Source of the DNA: Thermoplasmata archaeon UBA61
GTDB lineage: Archaea; Thermoplasmatota; Thermoplasmata; Lutacidiplasmatales; UBA184
DNA length: 64,000 nucleotides
Direction: 5' to 3'
Assembly (NCBI GenBank): GCA_002503985.1
Contig: DASW01000007.1
Location: forward strand, 108,435-172,434
Shown here: one piece after another, positions 28,967-37,957 of the stretch
Position numbering within the stretch: the first letter of the stretch is position 1
How the letters are laid out: each line of letters opens with the position of its first letter
The notes under the pieces: generated by a model
Databases searched by the model: none
What the model was told of the DNA's origin: nothing
The model's input: the letters and a program-made list of their open reading frames with translations, nothing else
Made by a program: the position numbers and the translations under genes

Positions 28967-30100
28967 GTGCCGATCCCCTCCGTGGACCTGGGCGACCTTG
29001 TCCGGACCCTTCTGTTCCTGCTCTTCGCCGGACTCACGGCCATCATCACGGCGGTCATCGGGCCGACGTACGACAACCTCCTCGTTCCCGAGCTCCAGCC
29101 CAGTGCCCTCTTCCCTCCCCTCCTGGGCTCGGGAAGTGGCGGCGTGAACTACCTATCCACGGGGGCGCGGTTCTCAGGGTACGTCCTCACAAACGTGGTC
29201 GACCCGGCGGTCACGCTGGTCGCGCTCGGCGTCGCTGTTCTCTACCTGTCCCGGTCGGTCGTCTCGCGGTGGGCAGACGCACTGGATGGGCTCCTCCCCC
29301 GGCTCATCATCGGCGTCGTCGGAGCGAACTTCACGGTGCCGATCGCCGGCGCAATCATCGGCGTTGCGGGAGGTCTCTACCCCATCATCTCCGGCTGGGA
29401 TGGTGGTGCCTGGCAGCACTGGGTGAACTTGGCCGGTTGGGGACAGGTCCCGTTCTCCTGGGACAATGGAGCGCTCGCATTCGTGCTTTCCCTGGTCGAG
29501 TTCGCCGCAGTCTTCGTCCTGGTCCTCGCGGTTGGGATACGGGATGCCGTTCTGGCCGTCCTGCTCGTGCTGTTACCGATATTCACGCTATTGTGGCCCC
29601 TTCACCCCCTCTCCCCCCTCGCCCGAAGAGGGTGGCTGCTGTTTGGCGAGCTCGCGTTCCTACCTTGCGTTCTCGTCGTTCCTCTCGAACTCGCTGTCGG
29701 GAGCCCGAATCCCGTCATGCTGGTTGCCTATCTCGCCGTGGCCGTTGCCTCCCCGTTCTTTCTCTCGCTGGCCGGCACCTCCCTCGTTTCCTTCGGATTC
29801 GGTGGTGCATCGGGGGTTGTCCAATCGAACGCGCAGCGCGGTCTCCAGGTCGCACCGTCTGCCGCTGCCTCCTCGTTCGCGCCGGCGGCCAACGGAATAC
29901 GAACCAGCAGTCCCGCGGGGGGAGCGTTCGCCGGAGTTACCCGAGTCGCCGGATCGGCGGCAGCTCCGGCGGCGGCCCCGCTCGTGGTCGGTGAGCTGAT
30001 CGGTCACGGCGCGTGGCAACTGTTGCGACACGTCGGACCATCCCACGGAAAGAACGGCCCCTCGGCCCAGCCGCCGATGCTCAAGGGAGGGGCGAAATGA
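28967..30100 (+). CDS. polytopic membrane protein (VirB6/TrbL-like architecture)
   Basis: GTG at 28967 preceded by AGGAGGG. At least 7 predicted TM helices. Ala/Ser-rich C-terminal tail. Confidence 0.6.
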   Translation: MPIPSVDLGDLVRTLLFLLFAGLTAIITAVIGPTYDNLLVPELQPSALFPPLLGSGSGGVNYLSTGARFSGYVLTNVVDPAVTLVALGVAVLYLSRSVVSRWADALDGLLPRLIIGVVGANFTVPIAGAIIGVAGGLYPIISGWDGGAWQHWVNLAGWGQVPFSWDNGALAFVLSLVEFAAVFVLVLAVGIRDAVLAVLLVLLPIFTLLWPLHPLSPLARRGWLLFGELAFLPCVLVVPLELAVGSPNPVMLVAYLAVAVASPFFLSLAGTSLVSFGFGGASGVVQSNAQRGLQVAPSAAASSFAPAANGIRTSSPAGGAFAGVTRVAGSAAAPAAAPLVVGELIGHGAWQLLRHVGPSHGKNGPSAQPPMLKGGAK

Positions 30101-30101
30101 G

Positions 30102-30884
30102 ATGGGCGAGCGCGAGGGCGGTCCCCTCATCATCGGGCTTCCCGAACGATTGGACCGCCGAATGCGACTCGGTCCGTTCCCGTCTTCGCGCGACGCGCTC
30201 AAGTTCCTCACGTACGCCGCGACGGGGGCGTTGTTGTCCCCCTTCGCGAGCCCCCTCGTATGGCTCCCGGTGGTGCTGGCGGGGTTTGTCATCTCGGCCT
30301 GGCGCCCGGACGGCCGTGCCTTTGACGAAAGGATGCTCACGTTCGTCACTTGGAAGGTGCGTACGGCGGGCCCGAGGAGTGCCGTGAAAAGCGCCGGGTC
30401 CCGGCCCCTCGTCCGCCAGGGGCTACTCCAGCTCGAGTCCCATCGCTACGTGGCCGTCGTTCGCACGGGCGGCATGCCCATGGCGTACCTGCCACCCGAC
30501 GAGCTCGCCCGGCGCTTTGAACTCTATCGTGAACTCCTACGCTCGACGGACACCAGCTTCTCGTTCCTCGTCACAACAACTCCGATTCGCTCCCAAGCCG
30601 TTCGACCGGGAATCCCCTCGGGAGGCGGTCAGCAGGCCCAGGCGCGCTCGGGGTACTCCGAACTCGTGACCCTGCTTTGCCGGCGCCGGTTCCTCCGGCG
30701 AGTGTACTTCGTCCTCGGCACATTCGAGGTCGACACGGATGCCATCGGGCGTCTGGAGGGGAGGGTCGCAAACCTCGTCGAGCGACTCGGCTCCCTCGGG
30801 CTCCGACCGGTTCGGCTTCGAGACCGATCCCTGGCCGAGGCTGCACACCGGTTCGGCTGGCCCACGGAGGGGCTAGGGGCATGA
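30102..30884 (+). CDS. hypothetical protein with N-terminal TM hairpin (possible split VirB3/VirB4 N-domain)
   Basis: ATG 1 nt after the upstream stop. TM helices LKFLTYAATGALL...VVLAGFVISAW, then a soluble domain. Confidence 0.5.
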   Translation: MGEREGGPLIIGLPERLDRRMRLGPFPSSRDALKFLTYAATGALLSPFASPLVWLPVVLAGFVISAWRPDGRAFDERMLTFVTWKVRTAGPRSAVKSAGSRPLVRQGLLQLESHRYVAVVRTGGMPMAYLPPDELARRFELYRELLRSTDTSFSFLVTTTPIRSQAVRPGIPSGGGQQAQARSGYSELVTLLCRRRFLRRVYFVLGTFEVDTDAIGRLEGRVANLVERLGSLGLRPVRLRDRSLAEAAHRFGWPTEGLGA

Positions 30885-31255
30885 CCGGCGGAACAGGTGC
30901 CGGCCCCGTATTCGAATTCGAAGCGTTCGGCGCCGCCGTTGGATTGGCCGTCGTCTGCGGGGGGTTGTCGATAGTGTTCCCGCTCCTCATCGCGCCGACG
31001 GCCACGCTCGCCGCTCTCGCGTTGGCGGGATGGGTCTCGCGGGCCCGACGACGGGGTTCGCTCACCCGAAAGGGTCCGGGCACTGGGCCGGCGATCGCGC
31101 TCAGCGTTCTGGGGGCCGCTGCGATCTTGTTCCTCATTGCTCCCCCATCCCTCGCCGCCTTTCGTGGCCTCCTCCTTGCGGGGGGTCTCGTCCCGCTCTT
31201 CGCGACCGAGCGAACTTCGTCTCCGCTTCGCTCCCCGGTGTTCTCCCGTTCATGA
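30881..31255 (+). CDS. small membrane protein (3 TM)
   Basis: ATGA overlap at both ends. Hydrophobic throughout. Confidence 0.5.
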   Translation: MTGGTGAGPVFEFEAFGAAVGLAVVCGGLSIVFPLLIAPTATLAALALAGWVSRARRRGSLTRKGPGTGPAIALSVLGAAAILFLIAPPSLAAFRGLLLAGGLVPLFATERTSSPLRSPVFSRS

Positions 31256-32946
31256 CCCGATCCCTCCCTTCGAACGCGCCCGCCGAAGCGCCGACCTTTT
31301 GGCGGGTCGGCCGAAGCTACCGCGCACCGCTCCTGATTCGAAGTTTCCCCCCGGAAGTTCCCTTCGGGTTCCTTAGCCGCATTCTTCCGACCAATGAGAC
31401 GCTCGAGCTCTCGGTAGAGGCCCACCAGATCCCGTCTTCGAACGCGCTCGAGCTCCTGCATGGGGCGAGGGCCGTCGCCGAGGCGGAGCTCGCCACCGGT
31501 GGCAACGGAGGGCAGACGGCCGAGCTCGAGGTCGAACGTGCGAGTGCCGAGGAGCTGGGCCGCGCGGTCGCTCGGCGGACTCAGGAGCTCTGGAAGGTCG
31601 GAATACGCTTCGTGGTCCTAGCTCCGACCCGGCCGCACGTCGAGGCGAGGAGGATGCGCCTATCCGAGCGGCTCTCCGCCATCGGGTTTCGGTCACGTGT
31701 TCCTCGGTACGAGGTCCGCGAGGCGCTCCTCCCGCCGGACCTGTCCGCGTCCGAGCCACGGCCCTCGGGTTACTGGCACACCTTGCCGACCGATGGGCTC
31801 GCCTCGCTCTTCCCGTTCGGAGACGAGACGCTCTTGGAGCCGGGAGGGGTCCTCCTGGGTCTCGCGCTTTCCGACGCGAGCCCGGTATTCGTTGACCGGT
31901 GGTCCCACGCGAGCTACTCCTGGGGTATCTTTGGTACGACGGGGTCGGGCAAGTCGTTCGCGGCGGCGCTGACTCTGCTGAGGACTCGGTGGCTACGACC
32001 CGACACGTCCATCGCCATATTGGATCCTCTAGGGGAGTACTCGACCTTGGTCAAGGCTCTCGGAGGCTCGGTCATCCGTGTCGCGGACGGGGTTGGGGGG
32101 AGACTGAACCCGCTCGACCCGGTGACTACCCGGGGCGACCGACGGGAGAAGGCCGCCCGGGTCGGAACGATGCTTCGGGCCCTCTTCCCGAGCCTTCGAG
32201 ACGAGGAGGCGGCCGAGCTGGACGCGGCCGTGACCCAACTCTACGAGCGAGGACCAGACGTGCCGACCTTGCGAGACCTTCGGGACCGAGTGGTCGAGCG
32301 GGGCGGAGCGGGAACCCGCCTCGCGACCCTGCTTGAGGTGTTCCGGTCGGGTTCGCTGCGGGCGTTGGATGGACCGACGACCGCTCGCCCAACCGAAATG
32401 GTCGTATCGGTCGACTTCCAAGGAGTGCCCGATGACCAACTGCCGTTCCACCTCACGTACGTCCTCGATTGGGCGTACGGGCGGATGGCCGGGCTCACGG
32501 GCGGCAAGCTGCTCCTCATCGACGAGGCGCACCTTCTCGCGCGCCACGCGATGACCGAAGAGTTCCTGGACCGGGTCGTGCGTCACGTGCGACACTTCGA
32601 GGCAGGGCTACTGGTCCTTTCTCAAAGTCCGGAAGATTTTCTCGTCCGTCCGGCCGGAAGGTCTCTCCTCAGGAACTTGTACGCGACCGCGTTCCTACGC
32701 CTCCCGGAGGTGTCGGCCGAAGCGCGGACGTTCTTTGAACTCACGGACGCGGAGGGCGATTGGCTGCCGCGGGCGCGTCTCCCGAAGGAGACCGGGTACT
32801 CCGAATCGCTCTGGAGAGTGGGGGAATTACACCTGCCGCTCGCGATCGTAGCGTCGACCCCCGAGTACGAGTTCCTCGAAGCCAGCCTGGGTCGACCCAG
32901 GACGACTCCGGACGCCCCCGATGCCGCTCCAAAGGGAGGTTTATAG
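31252..32946 (+). CDS. VirB4/TrbE/CagE-like secretion/conjugation ATPase
   Basis: Walker A GIFGTTGSGKS and Walker B KLLLIDEAHLL. ~564 aa. Start overlaps the upstream stop (ATGA). Confidence 0.8.
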   Translation: MTRSLPSNAPAEAPTFWRVGRSYRAPLLIRSFPPEVPFGFLSRILPTNETLELSVEAHQIPSSNALELLHGARAVAEAELATGGNGGQTAELEVERASAEELGRAVARRTQELWKVGIRFVVLAPTRPHVEARRMRLSERLSAIGFRSRVPRYEVREALLPPDLSASEPRPSGYWHTLPTDGLASLFPFGDETLLEPGGVLLGLALSDASPVFVDRWSHASYSWGIFGTTGSGKSFAAALTLLRTRWLRPDTSIAILDPLGEYSTLVKALGGSVIRVADGVGGRLNPLDPVTTRGDRREKAARVGTMLRALFPSLRDEEAAELDAAVTQLYERGPDVPTLRDLRDRVVERGGAGTRLATLLEVFRSGSLRALDGPTTARPTEMVVSVDFQGVPDDQLPFHLTYVLDWAYGRMAGLTGGKLLLIDEAHLLARHAMTEEFLDRVVRHVRHFEAGLLVLSQSPEDFLVRPAGRSLLRNLYATAFLRLPEVSAEARTFFELTDAEGDWLPRARLPKETGYSESLWRVGELHLPLAIVASTPEYEFLEASLGRPRTTPDAPDAAPKGGL

Positions 32947-33379
32947 GGGCCCGCGCGCCGAACGAGGAACGTGGGCGCGGACGCGACGGTCGAAGGCCCG
33001 CCGCGCCGCCGGACGAGCTGGAGCCTGAAGACCATCGTCGAGGACGTTGCGGGTCGACCTATTGGGGAGCTCCAAGACCCCGGGCGACCGGTGCACCCGT
33101 ACCTGAAGGGAAAGGTCGTGGAGGTTCCTTCGGAACTGTCCACCTCCTCGAGGCCCCCCAGCGAATGGTACGACCCGGTCGACCGACTCTATCCCCCCTT
33201 GGTCGGCCCGACCGGGCGAGAGTTCCACGGACCGGACCACGAGAACCATGCCGACACGATTGACCGACACCGACCCCTCCCCGGTCACCTCCCGGGGCCT
33301 ACGCATCGCCCGGAGCGGCTCTACCTGCACTACCTATTGCTCCACATGGACCGGCTGAGCGCCTCGGCGCTCCAGTACC

Positions 33380-34258
33380 TCAAGCTCGCCGTGGACGAGG
33401 AGATCGCACACCGCGCCCAACCCGCGCCTTCATCCCCTTCGGGCCCCGCGCCCGAGCGGAAAGCGTGAACCCGCGCGCCAGCGCACTCGCCTCGAGGGCA
33501 CCGTAGGCGCCTCGGTCCCATTCCACGCCGATCGCGTCACGACCCCAGCGGCTCGCCGCCCAGAGCGTGGTGCCGGTCCCGGCGAACGGGTCGAGCACCG
33601 TGTCGCCCTCGACCGAGAACATCCGCACCAGCCGTTCGGCGAGCTCGGGCGGGAACGCGGCGCTCCTCCCCCGGGGCGAATCCTGGCGAGCGCCCCGGAT
33701 ATCGGTCCAGACCTGGCTGAACCAGCGGTCTCGCTCTTCGCGCGAGAACCGGCTGGCGAGCCGAGCGGCGTCGTGGGTCGGGAAACGCCGGAGCTTTCCC
33801 TTGCGGAAGAGGAGAACGTACTCGCAGTCGAGGGTCACGTAGGCGTTCGGTGGCAAGAACCCCGAGCCGAGGAACGCGTTGGGGCGGTTGGTAGGCTTCT
33901 TCCAGAGGATGTACGGGAGCGGAACCAAGCCGAGGCGAGTCGCCGACACGAACGTCTCGGCCGGGTTCGGCCAGAGGCGAAACTCCCCGTCCGCCGAGCG
34001 GAGCGCATCGCCGATGTTGACCGCGAGGATGCCGCCGGGGACGAGAACGCGTTGGCATTCGGCCCAGGCGTCGGCGAGCACCCGGAGCATCCCTGGGTAG
34101 TCGGTCGCTCCCAGGGCACGGAACAGTCCGTCCCACTGGGGGATCATGGGGTACGGAGGCGACGTGACGACCAGATGGACCGTTCCGCTCGCGATGCCGT
34201 TCAGCTTGCGCGCGTCGCCATGGATGAGCCGAACGGACCCCAGGGGTGGGCGCCGCAC
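33380..34258 (-). CDS. DNA methyltransferase (N6-adenine/N4-cytosine, beta-class; SPPY then DPFAGTGTT)
   Basis: Motif IV TSPPY and motif I VLDPFAGTGTT. Start is uncertain: GTG at 34258 is used here; the first ATG at 34489 would overlap the next gene by 180 nt. Confidence 0.7.
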   Translation of the reverse strand: MRRPPLGSVRLIHGDARKLNGIASGTVHLVVTSPPYPMIPQWDGLFRALGATDYPGMLRVLADAWAECQRVLVPGGILAVNIGDALRSADGEFRLWPNPAETFVSATRLGLVPLPYILWKKPTNRPNAFLGSGFLPPNAYVTLDCEYVLLFRKGKLRRFPTHDAARLASRFSREERDRWFSQVWTDIRGARQDSPRGRSAAFPPELAERLVRMFSVEGDTVLDPFAGTGTTLWAASRWGRDAIGVEWDRGAYGALEASALARGFTLSARARGPKGMKARVGRGVRSPRPRRA

Positions 34259-34309
34259 GCCGGGCCGAAGCCCTGGCACGGTTAATATCGCCCGCCCTCT
34301 CGGTAGGAC

Positions 34310-35614
34310 ATGCGGCTCGACCGACCGGTCCTCCAGGTCGCGCTCGACTTCGAGAACCTCTCCCGCGCCCTGCTCGCGGCACGCGAGGCGGTCGAAGGGG
34401 GAGCGGACTGGGTGGAGGCCGGGACCCCGCTCATCAAGAGCGAGGGGTTGGACGCGGTCCGCGAACTGAAGAAGGCATTCCCGGACCACCTGATCGTAGC
34501 CGACCTGAAGGTGATGGATACCGGGGCCTTCGAGGTCGAGATCGCTGCCAAGGCGGGGGCCGACATCGTCACGGTCCTAGGCGCCGCGGACGACGACACC
34601 ATCGCGGACGCGGTCCGGGGTGGAGAACTTTACGGAGCCGAGGTGATGGTCGACCTGCTCGGCGTCGCGGACCCGGTGGCTCGTACGAAGCGGGTCGCCG
34701 AGCTCGGCGCGGCGGCCGTCTGCTGGCACGTGGGGATCGACATGCAGATGACGGGGAAGACCCCGTTCGCCGTGCTCGCAGAGCTCGCGAAGGCATCCCC
34801 GATCCCGGTTGCGGTCGCCGGCGGTCTCACGAGCGAGAGCGTCGTGGAGGCGGTCCGCGCCGGCGCTCAGATCCTCATCGTCGGAGGAGCGATCACGAAG
34901 AGCCCCAAGATCGTCGAGGCGACCCAACGCATCGACGAGGCGATCCGGACCCAGAAGGCGGTCGCGAGTGAGCATTTCCGTCGCTACCGCAGCGAGGACC
35001 TCCGGGAGGCCTTTCTGAAAGTGTCCAGCCCGAACGTGACGGACGCGATGATGCGACAGGGGGCGATGCACGGCCTCCTCCCGCACCTCAAGGGCCCATC
35101 GGTTCGCGTGGTCGGGACCGCCGTGACCGTCGTTACCCGCGACGGGGACTGGGCGAAGCCGGTCGAAGCGATCGACCGAGCCGGGCCCGGTGACGTCATC
35201 GTGGTCGACGCCGGAGGCGGGACGACCGCGGTCTGGGGGGAGCTGGCCAGCTGGTCAGCGCACGGCCGTCACGTCGCAGGTGTCGTCGTCGACGGGGCCA
35301 TCCGGGACCTTGACACGATTCTCGAGATGGGATTCCCCGCGTTCAGCCGGTCGGTGAGCCCTAATGCTGGGGAGCCGAAGGGTCACGGCGAGATCGGGGT
35401 CGAGGTGACGGTCGGCGGCCAGCGGGTCCGCCCCGGCGACTGGATCGTGGGAGATGTGAGCGGGGTCGTGGTCGTCCCGCGCGAGCGGGCGCAGGAGATC
35501 GCGAACCGGGCCCTGGACGTGCTCGAGCATGAGAACCGTGTCCGGGAGGAAATCCAGCGCGGCTCCACCCTAGGCGCGGTGCAGAAGCTCGAGCGCTGGG
35601 AACGGGTCGGGTAG
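34310..35614 (+). CDS. fusion of HPS/OMP-decarboxylase-like (3-hexulose-6-phosphate synthase family) and RraA-like domains
   Basis: The N-terminal half is a HumpS-like TIM barrel (VALDFENL...VEAGTPLIK). The C-terminal half is an RraA/MenG-like fold. Confidence 0.75.
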   Translation: MRLDRPVLQVALDFENLSRALLAAREAVEGGADWVEAGTPLIKSEGLDAVRELKKAFPDHLIVADLKVMDTGAFEVEIAAKAGADIVTVLGAADDDTIADAVRGGELYGAEVMVDLLGVADPVARTKRVAELGAAAVCWHVGIDMQMTGKTPFAVLAELAKASPIPVAVAGGLTSESVVEAVRAGAQILIVGGAITKSPKIVEATQRIDEAIRTQKAVASEHFRRYRSEDLREAFLKVSSPNVTDAMMRQGAMHGLLPHLKGPSVRVVGTAVTVVTRDGDWAKPVEAIDRAGPGDVIVVDAGGGTTAVWGELASWSAHGRHVAGVVVDGAIRDLDTILEMGFPAFSRSVSPNAGEPKGHGEIGVEVTVGGQRVRPGDWIVGDVSGVVVVPRERAQEIANRALDVLEHENRVREEIQRGSTLGAVQKLERWERVG

Positions 35615-35646
35615 CGCGTCCCTGAGTTGCTCCAAGGTGGCGCGAC

Positions 35647-36444
35647 TTACACCGTGCTCAGCGCCTTGAGCAGCTCGGACTGCATCCATAACGAGTCCGT
35701 CTGCGATCGAATCCGTGCCTGCTGGTGTCGGTTGGGCCCTGTCCAGCTCAACGTCCAGGGCAGGGGGTACTCGACGTCCCACAGCACAAGACCCTCCGGG
35801 TCTACTGTCGGCAAGGTGAGGCGGACATCGCCCTTGAGCGCGGCTTCGAGCCGCGCGAGCGTCAAGCGGCCGGCATCGTATTCCCGCAATGCCCCGATGA
35901 TCTTGCGGACCATCCCCCAGACGAATGAGGGGGCGCGGACTTCCACGATGAGTCCTCCCTCCGTTGGGGCCACCGTGACAGATTCCACCAACCGCAGGAT
36001 GGGTACTCCCGCTGGGAGACCTCGCCCGAACGACCGGACGTCAATCGCTCCGGAGAAGAGGCGCGCCGCGCGTTCCCATCGATCAGGGTGGTGCCCTCCG
36101 ATCGGTTCGAAGTAGCGATAAGTCCGCCGCACGGCTCCTCGCACTCGGAACTCCTCGGGGACCGGGGTTGCGGCCGAACAAATCAGTTCCGTGGATATTC
36201 CGTTTAGAGAACGCAGCAGAACCCGGCTCGGAAGCTCGGTCGACACCACAAAGGCGTTCGCCCGCGCGCTAACCCCCCGATCGGTCCGGCTCGCCACGGC
36301 GACCCTCGCTGCCTCCGCAGAAGGAGTCACTCCAAGACGGACAAGTCCACGGAGAAGCTCACTCTCTACCGTACGGAGACCCGGTTGGCGGGCCCATCCG
36401 GCAAACTCGCGGCCATCGTATCCGAACCGAACGAGCCACCGCAT
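35647..36444 (-). CDS. truA: tRNA pseudouridine(38-40) synthase
   Basis: RTDRGVSA catalytic motif. Confidence 0.85.
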   Translation of the reverse strand: MRWLVRFGYDGREFAGWARQPGLRTVESELLRGLVRLGVTPSAEAARVAVASRTDRGVSARANAFVVSTELPSRVLLRSLNGISTELICSAATPVPEEFRVRGAVRRTYRYFEPIGGHHPDRWERAARLFSGAIDVRSFGRGLPAGVPILRLVESVTVAPTEGGLIVEVRAPSFVWGMVRKIIGALREYDAGRLTLARLEAALKGDVRLTLPTVDPEGLVLWDVEYPLPWTLSWTGPNRHQQARIRSQTDSLWMQSELLKALSTV

Positions 36445-36494
36445 GCGTAATCCCTTCCGCGGAGCACCACTGACGACCAGTCGGGCCGCAACGA

Positions 36495-36580
36495 AGAAAG
36501 TTGCTTGACAACCCGTGTCAAATAGACGCCTATTGTAATCTATATACTCTACGGCAGATTAGTATAAATCCCCTGTAAAG
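36495..36580. promoter_or_regulatory. divergent truA / pst promoter region with TATA-like boxes and a perfect inverted repeat
   Basis: TTGACAacccgTGTCAA at 36501-36517. TATATACTC at 36531 and TATAAATC at 36553, the only AT-rich stretch in the area. Confidence 0.4.
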
Positions 36581-36689
36581 TTCGTTCCTCCGATGTCGAC
36601 CCGGACGGCTAGCCGCGTTGTGGACGGGCTTTCCCTCTAAGGTCGACGGAACCGACACAGTCCGTGAACAGAAGAACGGCAGGAGAAAA

Positions 36690-37922
36690 ATGAGTAGCAG
36701 CCAAGCAGGAACGAGTGCGCCACCGACAAGTGAGGCCGGAACTCCGGCAATCCAACGGCAAAAACGAGGCCGTGGCCCGATGATCGCGGTGGTTGCAGTG
36801 ATCGTCGTCGTCATCCTCGTGCTGGTCGTCGGGTGGTCGGCGGGATGGTTCAACAGTAGCAGCAGCAGCTCCAAAGGAACGTCGGGATGCACGCTCCCTA
36901 GTGTGGTCCAACTCAAGGGCGAAGGGTCGACTCTGGTCGCTCCCTTGATGGACCAGTGGGCGACATCCTACTGGAACGGAGCAGCCGTCACGTATGACTC
37001 CGCAGGGAGTTCGGCGGGTATCCAAGCTATCACGGCGAAGACCGTGGATTTCGGAGCCAGCGATGCTCCTCTCACCTACGCTCAACGTGTGGCCGCGCCG
37101 GGGATTCTAACGATTCCCGAGTCGGCCGGCGGTGTCGTCCCGATCTACAACTTGCCCGGCGTATCCGCGGACCTGAACTTCAACGGGAGCGTCCTCGCCC
37201 AGATGTTTGACGGCGGGATAACGAACTGGAACAACTCGGCTCTCCAGACCCTGAACCCCCACGTCGTCCTACCGGTCCAGACCATCTTCCCCGTCCACCG
37301 GACGGGCGGAAGCGGAACCACGTTCATCTTTACGAGCTTCATGAGCGTGGAGAACGCCGCGTGGGCCCATACCTACGGTAAGAACACAGCCTGGCCCACC
37401 AACATCACGATCGGAGGCGGAGCCTCGGGGAACGGCGGCGAAGCGTCCACGGTTCAAACTACGCCGTATTCGATCGGTTACGTCGACCTGAACTACGCGC
37501 TGAACGCGGGGTCCGGGGTCGGTGTCGGGAACGTCCAGAACCCCAAGGGGGACTTCATCCATGCGACGGTGGCCAACACCGAGTCCGCGCTTGTCGACTC
37601 GAGCGTCGTGCTTCCCGCGGGAACGGGTGACTGGTACAACGTCTCGTTGCTCAACGCACCGGGCGCGAACGACTACCCGATCACGTCCCTTACGTACGTG
37701 CTAGTCTACCAGAACCTGAACGCGTTCAGCAGCTACACGCTGACGAACGCGGAGAATGTGGTCGACTTCTTGCACTGGATCGTGGCGGTCGGACAGAATG
37801 ACTCGGCGCTGCTCTACTACGTCCCCTTGACCTCGGCCATCGTGAGCGCTGACATCGCGTCCATCAACTCGATTACCTTTGGCACGCAGACCATCCCAGT
37901 CTGCGTCCCGAGCTCGAGCTAG
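36690..37922 (+). CDS. pstS: phosphate ABC transporter substrate-binding protein
   Basis: AGGAGAAAA RBS. N-terminal TM/lipobox-like anchor with a Ser-rich linker. PstS-like fold. Confidence 0.85.
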   Translation: MSSSQAGTSAPPTSEAGTPAIQRQKRGRGPMIAVVAVIVVVILVLVVGWSAGWFNSSSSSSKGTSGCTLPSVVQLKGEGSTLVAPLMDQWATSYWNGAAVTYDSAGSSAGIQAITAKTVDFGASDAPLTYAQRVAAPGILTIPESAGGVVPIYNLPGVSADLNFNGSVLAQMFDGGITNWNNSALQTLNPHVVLPVQTIFPVHRTGGSGTTFIFTSFMSVENAAWAHTYGKNTAWPTNITIGGGASGNGGEASTVQTTPYSIGYVDLNYALNAGSGVGVGNVQNPKGDFIHATVANTESALVDSSVVLPAGTGDWYNVSLLNAPGANDYPITSLTYVLVYQNLNAFSSYTLTNAENVVDFLHWIVAVGQNDSALLYYVPLTSAIVSADIASINSITFGTQTIPVCVPSSS

Positions 37923-37957
37923 TCGAGAGGCCGGGCGGACCCACCGAGGTTCTCCGG

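Noticed and set aside
33537-34382. 281-aa alternative-frame ORF within the DNA methyltransferase region.
   Set aside because: Same strand but a different frame from the ORF carrying the SPPY/DPFAGTGTT motifs. Its translation is Arg/Pro-rich.
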